Source: Thainema sp. (GTDB taxonomy: Bacteria > Cyanobacteriota > Cyanobacteriia > Phormidesmidales > Phormidesmidaceae). From it: a DNA stretch of 64,000 nt. Positions within the stretch are counted from its first letter, which is position 1. Each line of letters opens with the position of its first letter. Made by a program: the position numbers and the translations under genes. Below are positions 1-14,092 of this stretch, piece by piece. Where the stretch lies: contig JBQLZK010000009.1 of NCBI GenBank assembly GCA_052168235.1, positions 66,827 through 130,826 on the forward strand, given 5' to 3'. A model generated the notes under the pieces. That model had not been told where the DNA came from, did not search any database, and saw nothing but the letters and a program-made list of their open reading frames with translations.

Positions 1-20
1 TCCTCTATCCAAGGATGTTC

Positions 21-2580
21 GTTTCCATTAGTTCAACTTCCGAAGAAGTTCAAAGCATTCCGGAGGTTCTCACCTCCTCTATCCAAGGATGTTCGTTTCC
101 ATTAGTTCAACTTCCGAAGAAGTTCAAAGTGGCAACAGTTTGTGCTTTGAGTGTCGCATTTCAAGCGGTTTCCATTAGTTCAACTTCCGAAGAAGTTCAA
201 AGTTTAAACATTCAGGTGTTAAACTATGCACCTGATGTAGTTTCCATTAGTTCAACTTCCGAAGAAGTTCAAAGTTGTTTTTTGGCAGACCGTTACCGGA
301 GGCACTATGTTTCCATTAGTTCAACTTCCGAAGAAGTTCAAAGAGTGACCCTGCTAGGATCGCAGCATTCCTTCAAGGGTTTCCATTAGTTCAACTTCCG
401 AAGAAGTTCAAAGCGGATGGCGTCTGCCCCCCTGGAACGGATAGAGCCGTGGGTTTCCATTAGTTCAACTTCCGAAGAAGTTCAAAGTCTGGATTTTTCC
501 AGATATAAGGGTCGTCCTCGCCGTTTCCATTAGTTCAACTTCCGAAGAAGTTCAAAGCAGATGTATCATCGCTTTTGAAGGGTAACTACGGCTACCGTTT
601 CCATTAGTTCAACTTCCGAAGAAGTTCAAAGGAATCCGTTTGCAGAAGCAGCAGCTCAGCGCCGCGTGTTTCCATTAGTTCAACTTCCGAAGAAGTTCAA
701 AGACGCAACAGAATACTCCCCTTGGGGTGGCATGAGTGTTTCCATTAGTTCAACTTCCGAAGAAGTTCAAAGCCGACTTCCATCCAGAAGCACAAGATAT
801 GGTGCTGTTTCCATTAGTTCAACTTCCGAAGAAGTTCAAAGTCGTCCAGATATTGGTCAGTTTGGAGAGTGTAGTTTTCGTTTCCATTAGTTCAACTTCC
901 GAAGAAGTTCAAAGACGCAGTCACTCGATGGTTAGATATCCATGAGCAAAACCGTTTCCATTAGTTCAACTTCCGAAGAAGTTCAAAGTTGGGGCAATCT
1001 TCAGTGTGACACCTGAAGAAGAAAGCGTTTCCATTAGTTCAACTTCCGAAGAAGTTCAAAGAGCAAGTCTTACCCCTGGAAAATGGGAATCTACAGGTAG
1101 GTTTCCATTAGTTCAACTTCCGAAGAAGTTCAAAGCTTGAAGAATTTGTTGGAGAACCAGAAAATCCTTTCACAGTTTCCATTAGTTCAACTTCCGAAGA
1201 AGTTCAAAGTCGTAACTGCCTGGGAGGCTTGCGAAGGCTACATAGGTTTCCATTAGTTCAACTTCCGAAGAAGTTCAAAGTTTGTTTTTTGGTTTTCTGC
1301 TTCTTGTTTCTTCGCGAGTTTCCATTAGTTCAACTTCCGAAGAAGTTCAAAGGCGTCTGGTACCCGTTGACGGGCACCAAGAGTGGTTTCCATTAGTTCA
1401 ACTTCCGAAGAAGTTCAAAGTTTCGGCAAACGCTGCCGCCTGCCGAAAAGGCTGTAGTGTTTCCATTAGTTCAACTTCCGAAGAAGTTCAAAGTTGAGCT
1501 TGAAGTGTATCACTCTACTGATGGTACGGTTTCCATTAGTTCAACTTCCGAAGAAGTTCAAAGTGGCCAACTCACGGGAGCCGATCTGTGGTAACCCCGC
1601 AGACGGTTTCCATTAGTTCAACTTCCGAAGAAGTTCAAAGTCGCCAGATGGAGGTGTACGGTGTAGACGAGAATGGGAAGTTTCCATTAGTTCAACTTCC
1701 GAAGAAGTTCAAAGGGCTTGGGGACATCGAGAGATAACCATCCACACGGCGGTTTCCATTAGTTCAACTTCCGAAGAAGTTCAAAGTTTACGATACTTTC
1801 GTTAATTATGAAGGGGTTGAATTTAGGTTTCCATTAGTTCAACTTCCGAAGAAGTTCAAAGTGACAATTAAAACCTTCAGAGGTGTATGCATGCCCCTGT
1901 TTCCATTAGTTCAACTTCCGAAGAAGTTCAAAGCACATATCTTGTTCAAGTTGGTCGGGTAACGGCTGTTTCCATTAGTTCAACTTCCGAAGAAGTTCAA
2001 AGGCTCAAATTAACCCGGCCCCATCGCAAGGGCAATCCTCGTTTCCATTAGTTCAACTTCCGAAGAAGTTCAAAGAATCTATCAAGGTTCTGACTATGAT
2101 GGAGATGGTGAGCTAGGTTTCCATTAGTTCAACTTCCGAAGAAGTTCAAAGAATCTGGACGCGTTGATCGCGACCAGAACCCGCACGGTTTCCATTAGTT
2201 CAACTTCCGAAGAAGTTCAAAGTCTTGTTGAGACCGCCAACGACGGAGATTTCTCTGTTTCCATTAGTTCAACTTCCGAAGAAGTTCAAAGCCTCTGGTG
2301 AAGAATATTGGTATAGTGGTCAAAGCCAGGTTTCCATTAGTTCAACTTCCGAAGAAGTTCAAAGCCCAACTGGTATCGCTAACGCAGCTCTGCTACTAGC
2401 CAGGTTTCCATTAGTTCAACTTCCGAAGAAGTTCAAAGCAGGATATCTTGGAGGTGCTTCAGGTCAACGAAGGTTTCCATTAGTTCAACTTCCGAAGAAG
2501 TTCAAAGTGCTCTAGCTACATCAGCTGGTGCACAGCAGTCGTCTGGTTTCCATTAGTTCAACTTCCGAAGAAGTTCAAAG
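21..2580 (-). CRISPR. CRISPR array 1: 36 copies of a 35-nt repeat (+ strand GTTTCCATTAGTTCAACTTCCGAAGAAGTTCAAAG), 35 complete spacers; continues beyond the window start
   Basis: Repeats counted from 21 to 2546-2580. The reverse complement ends in ATGGAAAC and folds AACTTC-TTCG-GAAGTT. A non-coding leader lies to the right. Confidence 0.99.
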
Positions 2581-2940
2581 GGTCGGGTTCTAGAACCCTT
2601 GCCTCGTCTACATTCTACACCCCCATTTTTCTCGGGGTCGCCCCAAACCTAAAATTAATGCAAAGATTTCTCAATAACGCCTTGTGGAAAACCCCCGAAA
2701 CCCTTACCCCATCAGCCTCGCGCTGGGTTCAACGAAAGAATGCGGGTTTCAGCGATCCACAGACCCCAAGAAGAAACCGAGCATTCGCAAGCTCTAGCCA
2801 CATAATGCCTAATTATCACCTTTAATCTACTCTCACCATCCAAAACGCCCATAAATCCTATTTTGCCCAAAATCAGCCACTCTCATCCCGATGATTCAGA
2901 ACCACAGATTACCCCTCTACCAGCACCCTGACATAGCCTT
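2581..2940 (-). promoter_or_regulatory. Leader of CRISPR array 1
   Basis: Non-coding, next to the last repeat, and shares positionally conserved motifs with the array 2 leader. The right boundary is approximate. Confidence 0.75.
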
Positions 2941-2945
2941 TATTC

Positions 2946-2980
2946 AATCCAAAATCGCCAATCCAAAATCCAAAATCGCC
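2946..2980. repeat. Short tandem heptamer-type repeat (AATCCAA/AATCGCC units), cyanobacterial STRR-like
   Basis: aatccaaaatcgccaatccaaaatccaaaatcgcc. Confidence 0.6.
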
Positions 2981-3066
2981 ACCACATTAACCTCCATCAA
3001 AAATCACCGTTCAAACCCCAAAGACTCACTATAATTAGCCCCAGCAAACTAACGATAAACCTCACT

Positions 3067-3891
3067 ATGGATTGGCTCCCCTGGCTCGATGTTGCCCACT
3101 CCCTCCACTGGCTCTCCCAAACACCTACGCCAACTCCACCCCCCAACCCCACTGCCACCGAACTCGAACTGCTCAGACAGCAAATCGACTTCCTCAAAGA
3201 AGCCAACGCCTCCCTTGATAAAAACTTTGAACGCTACGTCAACATGATGCAGCTCAGCATCGGCGTAGCAGGAGGAGTCATTCTGGCATTGGGAGCAGCG
3301 CTCTCTGTGAAAAACCTAAACGACTTTAACTCTGCCCTCAGAGGAATCAATAGCAAAGTGCGCGAAGCCGTCGATCAACGAATCGCCGTCGCCATCCGCA
3401 GTGAACGACAACGCCTGAATCGCCTCGAAGCCGTCCTCGATCGCGAAGACACCCCAGAGCGAATCACAATTGATTATGTTGTCCCTGCTCAAAAGTCACG
3501 GCAGCCAAAGAAAGAACTCAACATTTTGCTCAAAATCCTAGAAAACCGAGGCTTCGGAACCTTCTTAAAATATGAATCCGAATTTCAAGATCCAAACTCA
3601 ACCCAGCACAAATCCGAATTTGGAGCTGATGTTGTAGTTCTCGATCTCCACCACGCTGGTCTAGACAACAATACAGATAAGGATAAAGCCGAAGCGGTGA
3701 TCCGAGCCGTTGGAGCCAAACTGCGATCAACTGAGCCATCGGCACTAGTTGTTTATGGCAACGGTTACTTTGATGCCGTCACTCAGCTTAATCGAGATGA
3801 TAAGTACTGTGGCGCATCCAATACACCTCTAACCTTCGTCGCCAGAGTCCTAGAAGCAGCTTATGTCGTTGATGCAGTGAAGAGGTTGTAA
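3067..3891 (+). CDS. Membrane-anchored protein (coiled coil + TM + REC-like/Rossmannoid C-terminal domain); putative type III CRISPR effector (Cam2/NARF-like)
   Basis: Hydrophobic stretch LSIGVAGGVILALGAAL. C-terminal motifs NRGF, ADVVVLD, LVVY and ASNTPLTF..AAYV are shared with 16712..17545. Lies inside the CRISPR locus. Confidence 0.6.
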   Translation: MDWLPWLDVAHSLHWLSQTPTPTPPPNPTATELELLRQQIDFLKEANASLDKNFERYVNMMQLSIGVAGGVILALGAALSVKNLNDFNSALRGINSKVREAVDQRIAVAIRSERQRLNRLEAVLDREDTPERITIDYVVPAQKSRQPKKELNILLKILENRGFGTFLKYESEFQDPNSTQHKSEFGADVVVLDLHHAGLDNNTDKDKAEAVIRAVGAKLRSTEPSALVVYGNGYFDAVTQLNRDDKYCGASNTPLTFVARVLEAAYVVDAVKRL

Positions 3892-3894
3892 ACG

Positions 3895-3927
3895 CCCTCA
3901 CCCTAGCCCTCTCCCGCTAGGAGAGGG
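3895..3927. repeat. Short REP-like dispersed hairpin between convergent genes
   Basis: CCCTCACCCTAGCCCTCTCCCGCTAGGAGAGGG with a CCCTCTCC/GGAGAGGG stem. Confidence 0.55.
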
Positions 3928-3944
3928 AACAAGAAGCAAGTTGA

Positions 3945-4238
3945 TTACACCACCACATGTAGCTCTGGCCTAACCTGCCACGCATCAGGCCGATTACAAG
4001 CTTGAATTCGCTCCACGCAGCGGTTACACAAACCCACGAGCAGCAAACTATCCTCATTCGCCAAAATTTGCTCCAACTGCCAGCGTAGCAATTCGCGATC
4101 GCGCTGATTCAGCCGTATCCGAAAAATAGAATATTGCAGCGTCTCACCATAACCCTTCAGTAGCTTATGCGCCTTGCGCCAGCGCTTCGGATCGCGAATG
4201 TCGTAGCAAATCAAATAGTCGTGTTTCGGTTCCGCCAT
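3945..4238 (-). CDS. cas2: CRISPR-associated endoribonuclease Cas2
   Basis: YLICYDIRDPKRWRK and LQYSIF motifs, 97 aa, directly downstream of cas1. Confidence 0.97.
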   Translation of the reverse strand: MAEPKHDYLICYDIRDPKRWRKAHKLLKGYGETLQYSIFRIRLNQRDRELLRWQLEQILANEDSLLLVGLCNRCVERIQACNRPDAWQVRPELHVVV

Positions 4239-4257
4239 TAGTTCACCTCATTGCATC

Positions 4258-5919
4258 TCATCGCAACACCAGTTGAGCAAACAAGCCGCCTTCACCTAAC
4301 CATTCCTTCTCTAGCAGTCGCATTTCCAGCTCAATCAACCGCCGATAGGTCAGCGAATGCTTCACAATTGGGTGCTTCCAGGTGTCCTCCTTCCGCCGCT
4401 CATACAGATCAATCAGCTTGCGGCGACCCGCATCACTCAGCCACACCTGTTCATCGGTGATCTCAAAATCGGTTTCAGGATGCCACTGGTTGCGGTTAAT
4501 CGCCGCCACAATCGGCATATCCACCAGCGGCACTCGAAAGATCTCCATCAAGTCCAGCGCCAACGGCGACACCTGCCGCTGCGGCTGATGATAAAAGCCA
4601 ATGGCAGGCTCCAAGCCAACCGCCAAAATCGCATTCATCACATCCTTCAGCAATAGCGCATAGCCAAAGCCCAACATGGCATTGAAGCGATCCTTCGGTG
4701 GACGGCGGTTACGGCTAGCAAACTGAAATTCCGGTACCGCTGTCGGTGCTAACAAATGCGGCAACGCCTTGAAATACAAAGCCGCTAAGTTGCCTTCCAA
4801 TCCCAACAGCGACGCCAGCGAATCCGCCTGCGGAATCTGCTTCAATACCCGCTGCATCTGCTGAATCGCCTGCTCCAGTTCTAGATTTACCGTCCCCGCA
4901 TTGCGCTGACCCCGCATCAAAAACTTCCGCTGGCTCTGCCCCCGACAGATCACCAACTGTTGCGCCAAATTCAAACACAGCTCTGGCTTCGTCAACGCCT
5001 GATACTGTCGCAATCGTCGCTGAATCTGTCCCTGCCCAGCATTGAAACTGCCCAGATATCGTCCCCGACTGGAGACAAAATGCAACCCCACATTCCGCTC
5101 TGCACAAAAGTACATCGCCTGGGTCGAAATCTGCACGTAGCCGTGTAGCACCAACTGTCCCACCTGCCGAGACGGTAAGGCCATCTCACTGCCATCCCGC
5201 TTGGTGATCTTGAACTGCTCCCCGCTTTTGCCAATCACCGTTCCCGTCTCGGTGACATGCACAATCTGGCGCTCATCATCCACCGGAAACAACCACAGTG
5301 GCTTGCTTGTCTCTCCCTGAGCTAACCGTGTTGCGTTGGGCAAGCAAACATTCACGACCGAACAGCGATCGCACAAGTTTTCATTAGTCGCAATCGGTGG
5401 ACGCTCACTGGCAACCTGCAACCGCTGCACTTGCTCTAGTACCTCCTGCACGTCCCGTCGCGCTGCATCATCAAACGGTACATGTACCAACGCATTGTCG
5501 GCATGGTAGCGAATCCGACATTCTGGCACGGTGTAGCCCAATTCGGCTTCGATCAGACAGGCATAGGCTAAAACTTGAATGCGATCGCTCTCCCAGGCTT
5601 GCGGCTGGTTTTGCTCATCCCGATAGGATCGGCCTTTTTTGTGTTCGTAGGGAATCGCTTGTCCAGACTTTATCTTCAAAACATCAACTCTTCCTCTTAA
5701 GCCCAAATCGGCATTTTCTAGCACAAATTGCTGCCATTCATTGCCACCATCACGCTCTAGTTCGGTATGAAGCCGCAAGCCAGAATATACATCAGCGTTT
5801 GGAGTATGAACGCCTTCTACTTCTTGTAAATAGAACTGGCGTGGGCAATAAAGAAAAGCTTTGAGCGCACTAGCGTTGATAATCTCGTTCGATGAATGCA
5901 GAGTATCTAATGCTTTCAT
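4258..5919 (-). CDS. cas1: Cas4-Cas1 fusion (resembles MYXAN-type Cas1)
   Basis: N-terminal Cas4: YCPRQFY, GRVD..YEHKKG, CDRCSVVNVC (4 Cys). C-terminal Cas1: LLGLEG, RNRRPPKDRFNAML.FGY, GFYH, LALDLMEIFR. Confidence 0.95.
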   Translation of the reverse strand: MKALDTLHSSNEIINASALKAFLYCPRQFYLQEVEGVHTPNADVYSGLRLHTELERDGGNEWQQFVLENADLGLRGRVDVLKIKSGQAIPYEHKKGRSYRDEQNQPQAWESDRIQVLAYACLIEAELGYTVPECRIRYHADNALVHVPFDDAARRDVQEVLEQVQRLQVASERPPIATNENLCDRCSVVNVCLPNATRLAQGETSKPLWLFPVDDERQIVHVTETGTVIGKSGEQFKITKRDGSEMALPSRQVGQLVLHGYVQISTQAMYFCAERNVGLHFVSSRGRYLGSFNAGQGQIQRRLRQYQALTKPELCLNLAQQLVICRGQSQRKFLMRGQRNAGTVNLELEQAIQQMQRVLKQIPQADSLASLLGLEGNLAALYFKALPHLLAPTAVPEFQFASRNRRPPKDRFNAMLGFGYALLLKDVMNAILAVGLEPAIGFYHQPQRQVSPLALDLMEIFRVPLVDMPIVAAINRNQWHPETDFEITDEQVWLSDAGRRKLIDLYERRKEDTWKHPIVKHSLTYRRLIELEMRLLEKEWLGEGGLFAQLVLR

Positions 5920-6140
5920 GATTAATTCTCATAAAATCAAATCGCAAAGTACCAATTAATTCAGTACAAAAAGTTGCGATTTGCTTTACCTTCTATCTGT
6001 TCATTAACCCCAGAAAATCTGGCTCATGCCTGGGCAATCCTGCGGATCTTTTTTTGCGAATACATCTGTATTTCTTGGAAATCATCTAGATACAGTTGAT
6101 CTAACTAATGCATTTTGTTTTAATTTCAGGTTTCATTTCT

Positions 6141-6191
6141 AATAAAAATGGAAACTGAATTTTGGGTATCATCCAAAATTCAGTTTCCATT
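6141..6191 (-). terminator. 19-bp perfect hairpin plus T-rich tail at the trailer end of array 2
   Basis: AATGGAAACTGAATTTTGG (6147-6165) pairs with CCAAAATTCAGTTTCCATT (6173-6191), followed on the - strand by TTTATT. Confidence 0.7.
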
Positions 6192-8247
6192 AATTCGACT
6201 TCCGAAGAAGTTATTGGGCAGATGCGATCGCGATATTTGCTTTGACACCAGCGTGTTTCCATTAATTCGACTTCCGAAGAAGTCATTGGGCGTTCAAAAC
6301 CACAGCTACTTGTCCTCTGATGAGTTTCCATTAATTCGACTTCCGAAGAAGTCATTGGGAAGCATTAGTCAAGCTTGAAAATCTTGAACAGTCAGACGAA
6401 GTTTCCATTAATTCGACTTCCGAAGAAGTCATTGGGACGAGGCAATGGACTTAGCCCGACAACAGCGGGACAGCAATTCCAAGTTTCCATTAATTCGACT
6501 TCCGAAGAAGTCATTGGGCCGCAATACTATGTCACGGTCAGGCGCTACGGGCCCCAGTTTCCATTAATTCGACTTCCGAAGAAGTCATTGGGCGATCGCG
6601 CTTTCTTCAACTGGCTGCGGTTTCATTTTTGAGTTTCCATTAATTCGACTTCCGAAGAAGTCATTGGGCTGTCCCACCTGCTCCACCTGCTAATACTGCA
6701 ATCTTGGCAAGTTTCCATTAATTCGACTTCCGAAGAAGTCATTGGGGGATTTAAACAAAAACGCCCCGTTGTGAAACCGGGGGTTTCCATTAATTCGACT
6801 TCCGAAGAAGTCATTGGGTGGCGGCGGCGGCGGGCCATCGTTCTTTATCTGGCTGCGTTTCCATTAATTCGACTTCCGAAGAAGTCATTGGGCGCGCCAA
6901 AAACAAGAGCCGCCAGCAAGCGCAACGTGAGGTTTCCATTAATTCGACTTCCGAAGAAGTCATTGGGTAAATTGGCATATCTGGAAAAGGTAGATGTGGT
7001 TATCCCTACTGTTTCCATTAATTCGACTTCCGAAGAAGTCATTGGGGAAAGATCCTAATTCATGCGGCAAAGCGAGATTACGGTATGTTTCCATTAATTC
7101 GACTTCCGAAGAAGTCATTGGGACTGCTGAAGCTTTTAGGAGAATAACCATGTTCACCATCATGTTTCCATTAATTCGACTTCCGAAGAAGTCATTGGGT
7201 GGAATGAGCGTAGTGGCCTTATGCCAGTGCGGGGCAACTGTTTCCATTAATTCGACTTCCGAAGAAGTCATTGGGGGGCAACGCGGCGTTTATATGATTG
7301 TTCCTTTTGATTCAGTTTCCATTAATTCGACTTCCGAAGAAGTCATTGGGCAGCACCAGCCCACTTATCAGGCTTGAATTCGTTGTGAATCTCAAGTTTC
7401 CATTAATTCGACTTCCGAAGAAGTCATTGGGGAGGCTGGCAAAGCACTCATGAAGGAGTTCGGGTTGTTTCCATTAATTCGACTTCCGAAGAAGTCATTG
7501 GGTTTGTGCAACTGGGTGTGGAGTTCCACGAGATTGAGGGTGGGTTTCCATTAATTCGACTTCCGAAGAAGTCATTGGGTTTTCGTTAAACCCCTTGCAG
7601 AACATGCTGAAAGGTTTCCATTAATTCGACTTCCGAAGAAGTCATTGGGCCGACAAGGAGTAATATTGATGCGCAAGTATATTATTTTTCGGTTTCCATT
7701 AATTCGACTTCCGAAGAAGTCATTGGGGATCTGAGCTAAACCCGAAACCTAGCCCTTCGGGGGTTTCCATTAATTCGACTTCCGAAGAAGTCATTGGGGA
7801 ATTAACCCATGCTCAGCGGACTCGGCGACATGTACGCGTTTCCATTAATTCGACTTCCGAAGAAGTCATTGGGACAAATTCTTAAATCAGCTCAAATTAT
7901 GGAAATTGTTCGGTTTCCATTAATTCGACTTCCGAAGAAGTCATTGGGAGCAAGACGATATCCCATCAGCGAATATGAATGCGATCGCATGGGAGTTTCC
8001 ATTAATTCGACTTCCGAAGAAGTCATTGGGCCGCAAAATTATCTGGGCCTGGTAGACCTCCTCGGTTTCCATTAATTCGACTTCCGAAGAAGTCATTGGG
8101 TTGACGGAAATAACTCCTTAATTAAACTTCTATTCTGTTTCCATTAATTCGACTTCCGAAGAAGTCATTGGGATGCCCAGAATGGAAGCTGAAGTGCTGA
8201 AGGAGTATTACGTTTCCATTAATTCGACTTCCGAAGAAGTCATTGGG
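6183..8247 (-). CRISPR. CRISPR array 2: 28 copies of a 36-nt repeat (+ strand GTTTCCATTAATTCGACTTCCGAAGAAGTCATTGGG), 27 spacers
   Basis: Repeats counted from 6183 to 8212-8247. The leftmost copy has one mismatch (trailer end), which agrees with a leader on the right. Confidence 0.99.
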
Positions 8248-8640
8248 AGCGGAATCTAGATTCTCCATCCCATCTGCATTCTATAGCAACTTCTCAAGGT
8301 GGACTCAAGCATTGTCAATAAAGTAGCCTTATTTACAATACCAGCACCCGCAAAACGATTGAAACTCCTATTCCACAAGCAATTCAAGGTGGATGACAGC
8401 ACCATCATTGATCCAGCAATCCCCCAAAGGTGCTTGCATCCAGCATCTTACGTCCCACAAATCGCGATTTCTGCACAGCCACTCCATAACACACAAAGGT
8501 GCTTGCATGGACAACGTAACAAACTTTTTGACCTAGCCAAAGAAAATCTGAAGCTTTCTCGCCATCACCAAATAGAGCGAATAATTTGGAAAAACATGTC
8601 CGGAAACAGCCAATCCCAGGCTGAAGACCCCAAAAGACGA
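8248..8640 (-). promoter_or_regulatory. Leader of array 2 / divergent promoter region for the cmr operon
   Basis: Gap between the array and cas10. TCTAGA palindrome and TCTRCATTCTA sit at the same offsets as in the array 1 leader. Confidence 0.7.
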
Positions 8641-8658
8641 AATCGTTGAGGTTCGAGT

Positions 8659-13109
<4,451 letters not shown>

Positions 13110-13114
13110 TTTAA

Positions 13115-14092
13115 ATGACCAACTATCTGACTTATCTTTACTTGTTGACCCCCTTGCATACGGGAGGAAGCTCTAATGAAGGCAACCTAATGGGGATTGC
13201 CAGGGAAGTTCATACAGAGTTTCCCTATATGCCTGCATCTTCTGTACGGGGGCGAATTCGGGCCGCAGTAGAGCAGAAGCATCGGGATGAAAATGATCCA
13301 CTCAAAAAATATGTCCAAGCCTTTTTCGGCCACAAAATCGAAGGCGGAGGTCAGCCGACAGAGGGTGAAGTTTGGTTCGCCGATGCCACATTACTGTTCT
13401 TTCCTATCGCGTCACTGAGTCACCATCTAGTATGGGTTACTTGCCCACTCTGGCTTGAACGGTGGAGTCGATGGCTAGGCGAAGATAGTGAAAACATTCA
13501 AAAGCTAGCTAATACTTGCCGCACGAAGCTTTCAGATTTAGAAGACCAGGAAGGTAAATCTGCGATCACATCCAAAGCGGAACCTTTGTATTTGCAAACG
13601 GCTTTACTGAAACCAAATGACATTGACACTTCGGTTTCCTTTGAGAACCTGATGAAGCAAGTCAAAGCGGTCTTGGGAGAGGGGCAATTGATCAGCCAGC
13701 TCAAACAACGACTTATTGTGTTGAGTGACCAAGACTGCATTGCTCTCGTTGAGATGGGTCTTCAACGAGAAGTGAGAGTCGCCTTGAAAGAAGATCAGAA
13801 AGTTGTCCATGGAGGGTCATTTCGTTCCGAGGAAGCCATTCCACCAGAGGCCGTTCTCTTTTTTCCCTGGGCACCGAAGACAATGGATTCATTCAAGCCG
13901 AAACCAGGGATGAAACCTGAAGAGATATCAGCAGCCCAAGCAGAGCATGAAGCTAGGATTGGAAACCACGACAAAGTCAAAGACTCGTTAGTTGAGATTT
14001 TGAGCAACCGTCTTCAATTCGGAGGATTAGAAGGACTCGGTCGTGGTTGGGCAGAACTCAGCACAGAGGAGGGCGATACAAATGACAATTGA
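13115..14092 (+). CDS. cmr4: Cmr4 (Cas7-group RAMP)
   Basis: LLTPLHTGG..IAREVHTEFPYMPASSVRG, ADATLLFFP and QFGGLEGLGRG motifs. Confidence 0.95.
   Translation: MTNYLTYLYLLTPLHTGGSSNEGNLMGIAREVHTEFPYMPASSVRGRIRAAVEQKHRDENDPLKKYVQAFFGHKIEGGGQPTEGEVWFADATLLFFPIASLSHHLVWVTCPLWLERWSRWLGEDSENIQKLANTCRTKLSDLEDQEGKSAITSKAEPLYLQTALLKPNDIDTSVSFENLMKQVKAVLGEGQLISQLKQRLIVLSDQDCIALVEMGLQREVRVALKEDQKVVHGGSFRSEEAIPPEAVLFFPWAPKTMDSFKPKPGMKPEEISAAQAEHEARIGNHDKVKDSLVEILSNRLQFGGLEGLGRGWAELSTEEGDTNDN

Noticed and set aside
15..2515. ORFs with repeated VSISSTSEEVQ/FPLVQLPKKFK peptides
   Set aside because: Translations of CRISPR repeats, not genes.
5938..5983. Possible fifth member of the N26 site family (its arms are also 26 nt apart)
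   Set aside because: The arm sequence CAAATCGCAA does not match ATTCGTGT, so it is treated as a separate element.
6101..8075. ORFs with repeated FPLIRLPKKSLG/MTSSEVELMET peptides
   Set aside because: Translations of array 2 repeats.
21..8247. Self-targeting spacers within this window
   Set aside because: No match found by eye. An exact search is needed to exclude it.
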